Below are positions 7,376 to 16,176 of a stretch of DNA of 23,654 bases, in pieces. Where the stretch lies: assembly GCA_043804895.1 (NCBI GenBank), contig JAZDIN010000033.1:1-23654 (forward strand), written 5' to 3'. The notes beneath the pieces were generated by a model. That model was not told the DNA's origin and ran no database searches. It saw only the letters and a program-made list of their open reading frames with translations. Each line of letters begins with the position of its first letter. Position 1 is the first letter of the stretch. This stretch comes from Candidatus Altiarchaeota archaeon (GTDB taxonomy: Archaea > Altiarchaeota > Altiarchaeia > IMC4 > SCGC-AAA252-I15). The position numbers were made by a program, and so were the translations under genes.

Positions 7376-8499
7376 CTGAAGTACTCCGCCAGGGTCACCT
7401 GCCTGTTGCCGTTGATTTTGAGGAAAGGGTCCGCCCTTTTTAGGACTACGCCGATTGAATGAAGTTGGCTTCGTGAGCCGATTCTCACGCGGCTTCTCTG
7501 GAGATTGATTATCCGTTGGGCGCTTTGGGGTCCGATGCCAGGTACCCTGAGTAGTTCATCGTATGTTGCCTCGTTCACATCCACCGGGCCTTGGAAGTTC
7601 TGTCTTGCTAGGTGGACTTTGGGGTCGCCTACGGGGAGGTTGTCGTTGACGAGTATGTCCTTGAATTCGGCAAGTGGTATGCCGTATTTGCGCATCATGA
7701 AGTCGACGCAGTATAGGCTGTGTTCACGCGCAGCCGGTGTTTTGTCTTTTCCTGCAAGAGGGGTTTTCTCGATGGGGGTGAATGCGCTGTAGTAGACTCG
7801 GCGGACGTCCATCCTGGCGTACTCCCATCTTGCTGCTTCTAGTATCTCAAGGTCAGTCTCGTCTGATGCGCCGACAACCATTTGGGTGGTCTGGCCTGAG
7901 GGGAGTTTCAGTTCCTTAATCCACTCCTGGCGGCGGAGTATGTCTGTTGCGTAGTCTTTGACTTCGCTTATCTCAGCGAGCCTAGACTTGTTGGGGGCTT
8001 CAAGGTTTATTGACAGGCGGTCAGCGTATCCGCCGGCTTCTGTTATCAGGTCTTTGTCTGTGCCTGGGAGTACTTTGAGGTGGACGTACCCTTGGAACTT
8101 GTAGTCCTGGCGTATCAGTTTGACTGCCTCAAGCATCCTTTGGGTCGTTGAGTTGGGGTCCCGTGCTATGCCTGAGGATAGGAATAGGCCTTCCACGTAG
8201 TTTCCGAGGTAGAGGTGCATGAAGACTTTAGCAAGTTCCTGCGGCTCGTATGATGCTGGGTTCCTGCCGCAGTGTGTGCTGTTCTGGCAGTATTTGCAGT
8301 CGAAGCTGCAGCTCGTGGTGAGGAGGGTCTTGAAGAGCGACACGCAGCGGCCGTTTTCTGTGAAGGAGTGGCATATGCCTGCTGCGGCCGCGTTTCCTAT
8401 TCTGTCAGTTCCTGCCGTCTTCCTTGTTGAGGATGAGCTTGCGCAGGCGTCCCATTTGCCGGCTGCGCCGAGGATTTTTACCTTGTCTAGGAGGTTCAT
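7372..8499 (-). CDS. Putative DNA modification/repair radical SAM protein with C-terminal helix-hairpin-helix (TIGR03916-like)
   Basis: GICHSFTENGRCVSLFK, CSFDCKYC (CxxxCxxC), GLFLSSG, GYVHLKVLPG, GQTTQMVVGA, and HhH LLRVPGIGPQSA. Confidence 0.92.
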   Translation of the reverse strand: MNLLDKVKILGAAGKWDACASSSSTRKTAGTDRIGNAAAAGICHSFTENGRCVSLFKTLLTTSCSFDCKYCQNSTHCGRNPASYEPQELAKVFMHLYLGNYVEGLFLSSGIARDPNSTTQRMLEAVKLIRQDYKFQGYVHLKVLPGTDKDLITEAGGYADRLSINLEAPNKSRLAEISEVKDYATDILRRQEWIKELKLPSGQTTQMVVGASDETDLEILEAARWEYARMDVRRVYYSAFTPIEKTPLAGKDKTPAAREHSLYCVDFMMRKYGIPLAEFKDILVNDNLPVGDPKVHLARQNFQGPVDVNEATYDELLRVPGIGPQSAQRIINLQRSRVRIGSRSQLHSIGVVLKRADPFLKINGNRQVTLAEYFR

Positions 8500-8588
8500 G
8501 CGGTTACGTTCTGGTTTTGTTTTGGCTTAAGTTGTAGGAGAGAGCTATGGAAAAGTTAGACTATAAGGGCGTAAGCACATTATCTTAT

Positions 8589-9551
8589 ATGGTGGATTCA
8601 GGAGGTAGAATCAGAGTAATTGACGTACTCAGAGGTTTCGCCATAGTCCTGATGCTCTTCCAGCACACGCCGCTTTTCTTCCTGAACGACTTGGATTCTA
8701 AGCTCTACATCCATGCGCTCATCGCAAGCAGGCTTTCAGCCCCGCTTTTTGTGTTGATTGTTGGCTATTGCATCTTCCTGTCAGGCGGAAGGAGAATCGA
8801 ACGATCCGGGAGGGTCGGCTTCTTGCAGCATCTGGTTTTCAGGACCTTCCAGCTTATGGCATTGGGTTGTGCCATCAGCATATTCCGCTTTGAGAGCATA
8901 TTCTCGCTGAACGTGATACACCTGATAGCATTCGCTGTTCTTTTCACAGGGCTTTTGTACCTCAGCACAAGCAGGCTAGCGTACGCCGTGACTTTGACTG
9001 CCTTGAGCACATACTCTCTTATTGGGCCAGAGTATAATTCCGGCATTCTGGTAAAGACTCCCATCGACTCCCTAGCGTGGCTTATGACCTCTGGCGAGTA
9101 TCCGACAGGCTCTTGGATGGTATATGCCATTGTAGGGCTGGGTGTTGCGTGGTTTCTGAGGGGGGTGAGAGTGAGGTGGGAAAGAATATTCTATTTGGGG
9201 TGGATTTTGATAATCGCCTCCATGGCATTGGTTCTTGTAGGTGTGAAATTCGACATGGTCGGCAACAGCGCCCCATTTATGTTTTTTATCCTCGGCGCGA
9301 TGGTGTTCGTGTATGTCTTCGGCGCCTACGCAGCTAGGCAGGAGGAGTGGTCTTTCCTGTCGAATCCGCTGGCTGCCTTCGGAAGGCATTCGCTGCCGAT
9401 TTATGTCGTCCACCAGTTCTTGTTCATCACCGTACCGCGCATCGGCATGTTCAACAACACCCTCAACGAGCCTGAGGTCGTTTTATTGTTCCTTGCTTTT
9501 CTTGCGGCGGCATATGCCGTGATAGCGGCCTACGAGAGGAGGATGTGCTAG
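8589..9551 (+). CDS. DUF1624 / HGSNAT-like multi-pass membrane acyltransferase-domain protein
   Basis: RIRVIDVLRGFAIVLMLFQH, APLF...VG and GRHSLPIYVVHQ motifs; many transmembrane helices. Start at 8589 or 8547. Confidence 0.8.
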   Translation: MVDSGGRIRVIDVLRGFAIVLMLFQHTPLFFLNDLDSKLYIHALIASRLSAPLFVLIVGYCIFLSGGRRIERSGRVGFLQHLVFRTFQLMALGCAISIFRFESIFSLNVIHLIAFAVLFTGLLYLSTSRLAYAVTLTALSTYSLIGPEYNSGILVKTPIDSLAWLMTSGEYPTGSWMVYAIVGLGVAWFLRGVRVRWERIFYLGWILIIASMALVLVGVKFDMVGNSAPFMFFILGAMVFVYVFGAYAARQEEWSFLSNPLAAFGRHSLPIYVVHQFLFITVPRIGMFNNTLNEPEVVLLFLAFLAAAYAVIAAYERRMC

Positions 9552-10240
9552 TTCTTTAGGAATGTTTGGTTGCACTGCAGCTCGAATGCTCCGTCCTCAA
9601 TCAGGTTGCAAAGCCTAGGGTGTATGCCGACCGTTCCGCCAGTCCGGTTGTATAGGCCGATTTCGTGGAAGTAGCATTTGTCCTTCAGGGCGGGAGTGTA
9701 AATGTCGAAGCATTCCGTTGGGTCTGACCGCTCCCCCATCTTGTCAATGATGAAATCAAGCATGCACTTGTCCCTAATGTTTTGAGCGAATATGACCTTA
9801 CAGTATTTTATCTTGTTCCACTTGAATGCCATCATCCTGTAGCACCAGTCCTTATCGGTCTGCACGTCTATGTTGTCGCAGTGTTCCGCTTTGTCTTCGA
9901 GGTAGGCGTGGCACTTGAACCTCAAATTTGCATTGGTTATCTTCTGGCATATTTCCATGCTCTTGTCACGGGATGCTGTACTGTAGAGGCATGAGTCCCT
10001 GAGTGCGACATCACCGAGTGTAAGGCAGTGGCTTATGTTTGCAGGCCTGTACATGGTGGTTGTGGTCTCATCATAAGCCTCAGTAGTGGTTGTAGTCTTG
10101 ATTGTCGTTGTTGCAGTAGTGTGGACGGGGGCCTTGATTGTAGTGGTTGTGGAGGCGGACACACTCTTAGTCTGATTGCCGTTGATGCAACCTGCTGTTA
10201 AGATTAACAAAATCAGGAGTAACGGGGCGTTGAATTTCAT
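9548..10240 (-). CDS. Surface lipoprotein-like protein with Thr-rich linker and Cys-rich tandem repeats
   Basis: Signal peptide ending LTAGC; poly-Thr stalk; repeated C-x2-I/L-x6-7-C units. Confidence 0.75.
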   Translation of the reverse strand: MKFNAPLLLILLILTAGCINGNQTKSVSASTTTTIKAPVHTTATTTIKTTTTTEAYDETTTTMYRPANISHCLTLGDVALRDSCLYSTASRDKSMEICQKITNANLRFKCHAYLEDKAEHCDNIDVQTDKDWCYRMMAFKWNKIKYCKVIFAQNIRDKCMLDFIIDKMGERSDPTECFDIYTPALKDKCYFHEIGLYNRTGGTVGIHPRLCNLIEDGAFELQCNQTFLKN

Positions 10241-10265
10241 GGTTTAGTACATATGGCGGACGCAG

Positions 10266-10895
10266 TTAAAAACCTGGTTTAGGTTGGTGGAATTTCACAT
10301 TCTTCGGCTTGTAAGTGTTGTCTACGGTTATTCTGCCGTTTTTCACGCTGAATGCAAGCACCTGGATTTTAACTGTCTTTTTTTCCTTACCTTGGAACGG
10401 CCTCAAGATTTCCTCATCCAACGGGTGGTATGGGCCGCATCTTGAGAGGAGCATTCTATTGTCCATGGTTGATGATATCTCGCCGCTGCGCCTGTGGACT
10501 GAAGTTATCTTCGCACCTGCCTTCAGCGCCCTCAGGAGCCTGAGGTTGTCTTCCGGGCTGTCGTAGGCTGAACCTGCCTTGATGATGAAACCGTCCCCTA
10601 CTCTGTTGTCTTCAGCGAGGCTTGTTGTGTTGAACGGGTCAGCGTATATCCTGTACGCGGGGAGGCTGTAGTCGACGTCAGCTTCGGCGATTAACGCTAT
10701 CAGGTCCTCAGTCTGGCGTTCCTGAAGCTCCATCTGCAAGGCAGTGACGCCCTCAAACGAGACCTTGTTCTCTGATGTCGCAAGGAGGACATTCTTGTGT
10801 ATCAGATAGTCTTTGAGGGCTGTGGATTCAGCGATTCTCTTCCTGACATTCTCGTCAACCTTCCCGAGGAGCGCAAGGGTAATGTAAGTCATCAT
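10266..10895 (-). CDS. Hypothetical protein translationally coupled to fba
   Basis: 209-aa ORF with ATGA overlap on the fba stop; no motif recognised. Confidence 0.7.
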   Translation of the reverse strand: MMTYITLALLGKVDENVRKRIAESTALKDYLIHKNVLLATSENKVSFEGVTALQMELQERQTEDLIALIAEADVDYSLPAYRIYADPFNTTSLAEDNRVGDGFIIKAGSAYDSPEDNLRLLRALKAGAKITSVHRRSGEISSTMDNRMLLSRCGPYHPLDEEILRPFQGKEKKTVKIQVLAFSVKNGRITVDNTYKPKNVKFHQPKPGF

Positions 10896-12013
10896 CCCTT
10901 CTTTTCCGTGTATTTCCTGACTTTGGTCGCAGTACCCTCAGCCTTGAATGCCCTGAAAAACTCCAGTGCGCTCTTCTTGGTGGCATCATCCACCTTGGCG
11001 ACAGCCTCGGAGGGGAGGGCGTCTATCTCCGCCTTGAAGACCTTTATTGAGTTTTTGATGTTCTTTCCGATGAGTTCCACGTCAGATATGTTGGGCTTCT
11101 TGGCTCTGGCTTTCGCGGCGTGTTCGCTCTTTAGGGTCCAATCCTGCGCCCTCTTGATTAGGTCCTGCGGCATGGTCTCGAACGCTATGTTCTGCCAGTT
11201 CGTCGCCACGTTGCCTTTCGCAATCCCGGCATCGATTAACATTGGCATGTAGCTGAGCGGAGTGCCTGTTATACCGTGCTGGGCTATCCTAACCCCGAAA
11301 GGCCGTATGGCGTCCGCTATGGCTTTCGTCCTGGGTATGTCTACTCCAAGCTTCGGTATTGGCTTCCCGTCCTTGTCGTAGACGTTGCCATGTGATGTGC
11401 CGTTGTTGGTGGCCAACAGGTCTGGCTTGTATCCTGCAGCGTTTATGGCTTTGATGAATGTCGTTGCCTCATCAACAGTCGTGAGGGATTTTTCACCAGT
11501 TTTGGGATCGACTTTGCCGACTTCCCCGACCTCCACCTCAAGGCTTGCGGTCTTCGGTATGAGTGCACACAATTTATTGGTTATGTCGATGTTGTCTTTC
11601 AGCTGCTCCCTCACATCCGTGGCGTTCATGTTGAAGTTGTGACTAGCGTCTATGGCGAATGATGTGAATCCCGCAGCTATCTCCTGCTTTATCAAGTCAG
11701 CAGCTGAGTTGACGTCCTTCGGGTCAGTGCTTTTCACGCCTATGTGGTCGCCGTGGACTGCGTAAGGCTGGTTAAAGCCAAGCTCCCTAGCGCATTTGAG
11801 TATGTTGTCCATGAAAGTCTGCGGAGTCTGGCTAGTATATCCGAGTTCGCTCTTGGCTATCTCGAACATCACAGCAGCGTCAAGTTCCTTCGCAGCCATC
11901 ATAATCCCGCGGACGCTGTGGGTTATGCGGATGTTAGCTGCCATGACGATGCATTTCTCATTCTTCAGAGCTTCAAACAGGAGTTTCCCAGGAATAGGCT
12001 TAGTAAAGTCCAT
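10892..12013 (-). CDS. fba: Class II (metal-dependent) fructose-bisphosphate aldolase
   Basis: VHGDH, GFTSFAIDASH, LEVEVGEVG, GTSHGNVY, AQHGITG and KGNVAT motifs. Likely start ATG 12013 (MDFTKP). Confidence 0.92.
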   Translation of the reverse strand: MDFTKPIPGKLLFEALKNEKCIVMAANIRITHSVRGIMMAAKELDAAVMFEIAKSELGYTSQTPQTFMDNILKCARELGFNQPYAVHGDHIGVKSTDPKDVNSAADLIKQEIAAGFTSFAIDASHNFNMNATDVREQLKDNIDITNKLCALIPKTASLEVEVGEVGKVDPKTGEKSLTTVDEATTFIKAINAAGYKPDLLATNNGTSHGNVYDKDGKPIPKLGVDIPRTKAIADAIRPFGVRIAQHGITGTPLSYMPMLIDAGIAKGNVATNWQNIAFETMPQDLIKRAQDWTLKSEHAAKARAKKPNISDVELIGKNIKNSIKVFKAEIDALPSEAVAKVDDATKKSALEFFRAFKAEGTATKVRKYTEKKG

Positions 12014-12068
12014 TGTAGAAATCCATGGGAAGGAGGATATAAAAGGATTTTTCACTGAAATAGCAGTC

Positions 12069-12407
12069 CTAGTGATGCTTCATTAGATTATTAATGACGT
12101 CAACTACATCCTTGTACTGTTTGTCATTGACCCTACAAATCTTTCTCAGGATTTGGTTTTTGTTTGCAGTGAAAATCATATTCGCGCGGACAAGACTGTC
12201 TATTCGAAGGCTTCCGCCGAGGGTTTCGTTTTGTTTGACTTCAACGGAGTAATCGTCCTTTCGGATTTTTTGGGATGTGATTTGGCACAGGATTATGTCT
12301 TCGCCCATCTCATCTGATAAGACGAGACATGGCCTGAGTTTCCTGTCGGTTAGGTCCGTGTAAGGGAACGGGAACAGCACTATGTCCCCTTTTGTAAATG
12401 AGCCCAT
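12069..12407 (-). CDS. Type II toxin, PemK/MazF family endoribonuclease
   Basis: KGDIVLFPFPYTD...KLRPCLVLS...ILCQITSQ signature. Confidence 0.92.
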   Translation of the reverse strand: MGSFTKGDIVLFPFPYTDLTDRKLRPCLVLSDEMGEDIILCQITSQKIRKDDYSVEVKQNETLGGSLRIDSLVRANMIFTANKNQILRKICRVNDKQYKDVVDVINNLMKHH

Positions 12408-12628
12408 GCCTCATCCTCCTCCGGTGTAAGCCAGCTTCTGGCAAGAGATTTTTCACTGGCCCCGTAGGTGGAAAACCCCCCGAAAACATCAACTTCTCTT
12501 TTGAATAGCCTCTCCCTGAGGAGGTCCCTTATGAAATCCTGCAAGTTGTCAAAACCATGCACTTTCGCGTACACTCTCGCGGATGAGAACATACTATCAG
12601 ACAACTTGATGCTAATCTGAGTACCCAT
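12380..12628 (-). CDS. Antitoxin for the MazF-like toxin (ribbon-helix-helix N-terminus)
   Basis: QISIKLSD...FDNLQDFIRDLLRE RHH-like segment; C-terminal ASEKSLARSWLTPEEDEAWAHL tail typical of PemK-linked antitoxins; overlaps the toxin start. Confidence 0.8.
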   Translation of the reverse strand: MGTQISIKLSDSMFSSARVYAKVHGFDNLQDFIRDLLRERLFKREVDVFGGFSTYGASEKSLARSWLTPEEDEAWAHLQKGT

Positions 12629-12660
12629 AAGTACATATAGGTACGTTATTGTATTTAAAT
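12621..12660 (-). promoter_or_regulatory. Putative mazEF-like promoter/operator: GTAC repeats at 10-bp spacing plus TATA
   Basis: GTAC at 12621, 12631 and 12641 (GTAT at 12651); ATTTAAATAC on the minus strand about 25-30 bp upstream of ATG 12628. Confidence 0.55.
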
Positions 12661-12683
12661 TAGATTAGGGGATAAAATGTCGA

Positions 12684-12754
12684 CTTAACGAAGTTAAGGG
12701 GGGTTTAAGTTTCCTAAGAGCATTTATACATTAGTTTTACTTAGTGTTACTAAG
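12684..12754 (+). promoter_or_regulatory. Putative relBE-like promoter with CTTA-N7-TAAG palindromic operators
   Basis: CTTAAC-GAA-GTTAAG (12684-12698) and CTTAGT-GTT-ACTAAG (12740-12754) flank TTTATA (12723-12728). Confidence 0.5.
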
Positions 12755-12764
12755 GTGAGATAAG

Positions 12765-12998
12765 ATGGTCAATGCTTTAGTCCAAATCGATTATGACACG
12801 AATAAAGTCCTGAATATTGTTAAAGCAAGGTACGGGTTGAAGAACAAAGGCGAAGCCATACAGTTTGTGGTCGGTGAATTCGTAGAATATGAGAATGAAC
12901 CTGACCTTAGGCCGGAATTCATAGAGAGGATGAAGTTAATAAGCGAACAAAAGAGTATTCGAGTCGATAATTTTGCCAGAAGGTACGGTTTAGATTAG
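12765..12998 (+). CDS. DUF2683-like antitoxin
   Basis: MVNALVQID..TNKVLNIVKARYGLKNKGEAI...EPDLRPEF pattern; directly upstream of a RelE-like toxin. Confidence 0.8.
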   Translation: MVNALVQIDYDTNKVLNIVKARYGLKNKGEAIQFVVGEFVEYENEPDLRPEFIERMKLISEQKSIRVDNFARRYGLD

Positions 12999-12999
12999 G

Positions 13000-13281
13000 A
13001 TGTATCTCCTTGACATTAAACCCGAGGCAGACCAGATTTTCAAGAAACTGGCGAAGAAGAACCAGCTACAACTTAGGATAATCGATAAGAAAGTCGCGGA
13101 GATAAGGCAGAACCCGTTCCACAGGTACAAACCGTTAAAAAAACCATTACATTCCTTCAGTAGAGTGCATATCGACACGCACTTTGTCCTCATATTCAAA
13201 ATCAACCACGAAAACAAGGTAATCGACATCTACTACTACGACCACCACGACAGAGTATACCAATGGAGGCCAAAAAACTAG
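13000..13281 (+). CDS. Type II toxin, RelE/ParE (YafQ-like) family
   Basis: FKKLAKK...IRQNP..YKPLKKPL...SRVHI...FVLIFKI......IDIYYYDHHDRVY. Confidence 0.88.
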   Translation: MYLLDIKPEADQIFKKLAKKNQLQLRIIDKKVAEIRQNPFHRYKPLKKPLHSFSRVHIDTHFVLIFKINHENKVIDIYYYDHHDRVYQWRPKN

Positions 13282-13946
13282 ACACGCTGATTTAGTGTTC
13301 TTATTTTTTGCAGGTACCAGTTTGCTTCGGCACCGGCAACATTTATTTTTGCGTGCTTGATGGTCTTCCAGTTTCTTATGAACCAGTTTATATGGTTGCA
13401 GTCTGACGCAGTCAATCGAGGTTTTAACCCAATTGCAAGCATCAGAAAATGCATTTCAGCCAGCCTCATACCCCTGAACTTTTTTGGATAGGATAGGTCC
13501 CAGGTCCGGTATTGTTCAAGTTTTCTTCTGATTATGTTCTTATCCCAGTCGGTCAATTCTACCCGAACGCCTAACATTCTTGAGGAGTAAATGTTCCAAG
13601 CAACTCGCTCACCATCTCCGATATCTCTCCAGCGTGCGAGTTCGTTCCTCATTATACTTTCATCTTGGGCAGATAATAAGACTTTAAGCCCCACTGATCT
13701 GGTTAGGTTAAGTACACTAGCTAGAGGGTCTGGAAAAATTTGCTGCTGGAATTTTCTCCGTTCTCTCAAACCTTTCCTCATCAGTTCCTTGTCCTGTTTA
13801 GTGACTTGGACTGGGGCTCCAAGGTCTTTTAGGAACAGGTGCATTAACGCAATCCATAAGTAATGTTTTTTCTCTCGTGCCCAGTTTAATTGACTCACCC
13901 AACGCTGAATATTCTCCTCGGTAATAATTGGAGAGGGGTATTCCAT
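13278..13946 (-). CDS. Hypothetical basic protein with about four internal repeats of roughly 42-48 aa
   Basis: Repeats LGAPVQVTKQDKELMRKGLRERR / VGLKVLLSAQDESIMRNELARWR / LGVRVELTDWDKNIIRRKLEQYR / IGLKPRLTASDCNHINWFIRNWK. Confidence 0.65.
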   Translation of the reverse strand: MEYPSPIITEENIQRWVSQLNWAREKKHYLWIALMHLFLKDLGAPVQVTKQDKELMRKGLRERRKFQQQIFPDPLASVLNLTRSVGLKVLLSAQDESIMRNELARWRDIGDGERVAWNIYSSRMLGVRVELTDWDKNIIRRKLEQYRTWDLSYPKKFRGMRLAEMHFLMLAIGLKPRLTASDCNHINWFIRNWKTIKHAKINVAGAEANWYLQKIRTLNQRV

Positions 13947-13954
13947 TTTTGATG

Positions 13955-15178
13955 TTATTTGATTAGTTTTTCCATGACTTCGGTTATCTTCTCTTTTGTC
14001 ATGCCGCCGCCGAATCCTATCCTGAAGTGTTTTTTAAGGTGTTCGAATCCTTTGAAGTTGCCGCCGAAGCTAGAGCCAGGGACGAATGAGGTCTTCTCCT
14101 CCTTTATCATCCTCCTCACGAAGTCGTCTCCGTCTGAGCCGTCCGGCGTAGTCGGGAACAACATATATGCAGCCGCTGGCTTGTAGGGGAGTTTTGAGCC
14201 CCATTCTAAAAGGTACTTCTGTATCAGCTCACTCTTCAGCCTGTAGCCTTCGACGATAGGCCGTAGGAATTTTAGTTTAGGGTCTCTTTCCACCAGCGCT
14301 GTTATGCCTGCTTGGACGCCTCTTGGGGCTCCTGCGCTGAGGTTTCTAAGGTAGTAGCCGACCATTGCATGGGATTCGAGTATCTCTGGGGATACGCGTA
14401 TGAAGCCTAGTCTGATGTCTGGTTTCACAATCTTTGAGAATGAGGATATTAGGCTGACTTTCCTTTTGATGTCGCTTGCGAAGCTTACGGGTGAAGTGTA
14501 AGGGGTTTTTTCCATATCGTATATCGAATACTTGTAGGGTTCGTCTGAGATTATCTGCAGGTTGTTTGAGGCAGCCCAACCGCACATGTCCCTCAGCCCA
14601 GCCTCAGGCACTATTTCCCCAGTAGGGTTAACAGGGTAGTTGACGTACACGGCCCTTGTCTTCTTTGTTAAGGCTTTCGCCGCATTCTCTTCGATGAACT
14701 TTCCCCCCTTGAAAAGGGAGACTGGGACTCCTTTTACTCCGCTGTGGGCTGCCATGTTATGTATCGTCCCCCAGCAGGGTGTGTTGACGAGGACTTCGCC
14801 GCCGGCCGGGAACAGGGAGAATACGAACTGGAGGGCCTGTGAGGCGCCGACCATCACATAAAGTCTATCCACATCTTCGTCAGTCAATTCAGCCCCGAAG
14901 TTAGGTTCCATCCTGATGATGGCCTTCTTCAGGTTTTCTTCGCCGTCGAATGGCGGGTAGCTTGTCACCCCCTTAGCCTCTGACTCGTATTGGATTTTGG
15001 CGTAGAATTCAATGACATCTTTCGGTATCGGGTCTGGGACGCCGATTGTGAAGTTGTTGACTGCTCCAGCGTCTTTCGCAACTTTCACCCAGTATCTAAC
15101 CGGGTCTGGGACTATCCCGTCAAGGTTCTCTGTGAGTTTCAATTTCAACCGAAGAATGTCTCTGCTATCGAATACCAT
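13955..15178 (-). CDS. PLP-dependent aminotransferase class I/II
   Basis: NFTIGVPD, GASQAL, NYPVNPTG, ISDEPY, SFSK (PLP lysine), RLGF and PGSSFG...HFRIGF motifs. Confidence 0.92.
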   Translation of the reverse strand: MVFDSRDILRLKLKLTENLDGIVPDPVRYWVKVAKDAGAVNNFTIGVPDPIPKDVIEFYAKIQYESEAKGVTSYPPFDGEENLKKAIIRMEPNFGAELTDEDVDRLYVMVGASQALQFVFSLFPAGGEVLVNTPCWGTIHNMAAHSGVKGVPVSLFKGGKFIEENAAKALTKKTRAVYVNYPVNPTGEIVPEAGLRDMCGWAASNNLQIISDEPYKYSIYDMEKTPYTSPVSFASDIKRKVSLISSFSKIVKPDIRLGFIRVSPEILESHAMVGYYLRNLSAGAPRGVQAGITALVERDPKLKFLRPIVEGYRLKSELIQKYLLEWGSKLPYKPAAAYMLFPTTPDGSDGDDFVRRMIKEEKTSFVPGSSFGGNFKGFEHLKKHFRIGFGGGMTKEKITEVMEKLIK

Positions 15179-16176
15179 TCGTCGTCTACGTGCCGGTCTT
15201 TGACTGCCTCATCGAGTGATATGTACTCTATCCTGTTATTCCTCAAGGTCACCATTACCCCGAACGTGCTCATGGAGGCGAGGTATACCGCTTTCACGCC
15301 GAAGCGTGTGGCCAGTAGCCTGTCTTCCGCGCTGGGGGTGCCGCCTCGCTGAATGTGCCCCAGTATGGAGGCCCTGGTCTCGAAGCCTGTCTTCTCCTGG
15401 ATTTCGCGCTTGAGCCAGTTTGCGACGCCGCCCAACGCCACGTTGCCGAAGTCATCTTTTTCGCCACTTTTTTTGGTCACGCCTCCCCCTTTGGGCATAG
15501 CACCCTCTGCGACGACCACTATCGTGAATTTCTTCCGCTCGTGCCTCTTGCGTATCAGCGCGCAAATCTCATCCAAGTCGAACGGCTTCTCAGGTATCAG
15601 TATCAGGTCCGCTCCACCGGCTATTCCAGCGAGCGTCGCAATCCAACCCGCATGTCTGCCCATGACCTCCAGTATCATAATCCTGTGGTGGGACTCAGCA
15701 GTCGTGTGCAGTTTATCTATGGCGTCGACAACCGTGGTGAACGCAGTGCTAAACCCGATTGTGCGCTCAGTTCCGAGAAGGTCGTTGTCTATGGTCTTCG
15801 GTATGCCTATGACCTTGAGGCCCGCCTTCGACATCTTTGCAGCGACGCCCAGTGTGTCGTCGCCGCCGATGGTTATCAACACGTCAAGGCCCAGCTTCTT
15901 GAACCCGTCGTTGACTTTGTTTATGCCGTCGTCCATCTTCAGCGGGTTCGTCCTGGATGAACCGAGTATCGTCCCGCCTTTGACGAGTATCCCGGATACG
16001 TCGCCTTCAGTGAGTTCGAATCCGTCAGCCTCTATCATCCCCTTCCATCCGTCGCGTATTCCGACGAATGTCATCCCGTACTCTCGCATCCCCTTCCTGA
16101 CGACAGCCCTTATTGCAGCGTTGAGTCCCGGACAATCGCCTCCGCCAGTCAAGATTCCGATTTTCATCTTTTTCAC
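15145..16176 (-). CDS. pfkA: 6-phosphofructokinase, PfkA family, PPi-type signature
   Basis: LTGGGDCPGLN, GGTILGSSR, IGGDDT, PKTIDND, EVMGRHAGW and LGHIQRGG motifs. Confidence 0.92.
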   Translation of the reverse strand: MKKMKIGILTGGGDCPGLNAAIRAVVRKGMREYGMTFVGIRDGWKGMIEADGFELTEGDVSGILVKGGTILGSSRTNPLKMDDGINKVNDGFKKLGLDVLITIGGDDTLGVAAKMSKAGLKVIGIPKTIDNDLLGTERTIGFSTAFTTVVDAIDKLHTTAESHHRIMILEVMGRHAGWIATLAGIAGGADLILIPEKPFDLDEICALIRKRHERKKFTIVVVAEGAMPKGGGVTKKSGEKDDFGNVALGGVANWLKREIQEKTGFETRASILGHIQRGGTPSAEDRLLATRFGVKAVYLASMSTFGVMVTLRNNRIEYISLDEAVKDRHVDDEWYSIAETFFG

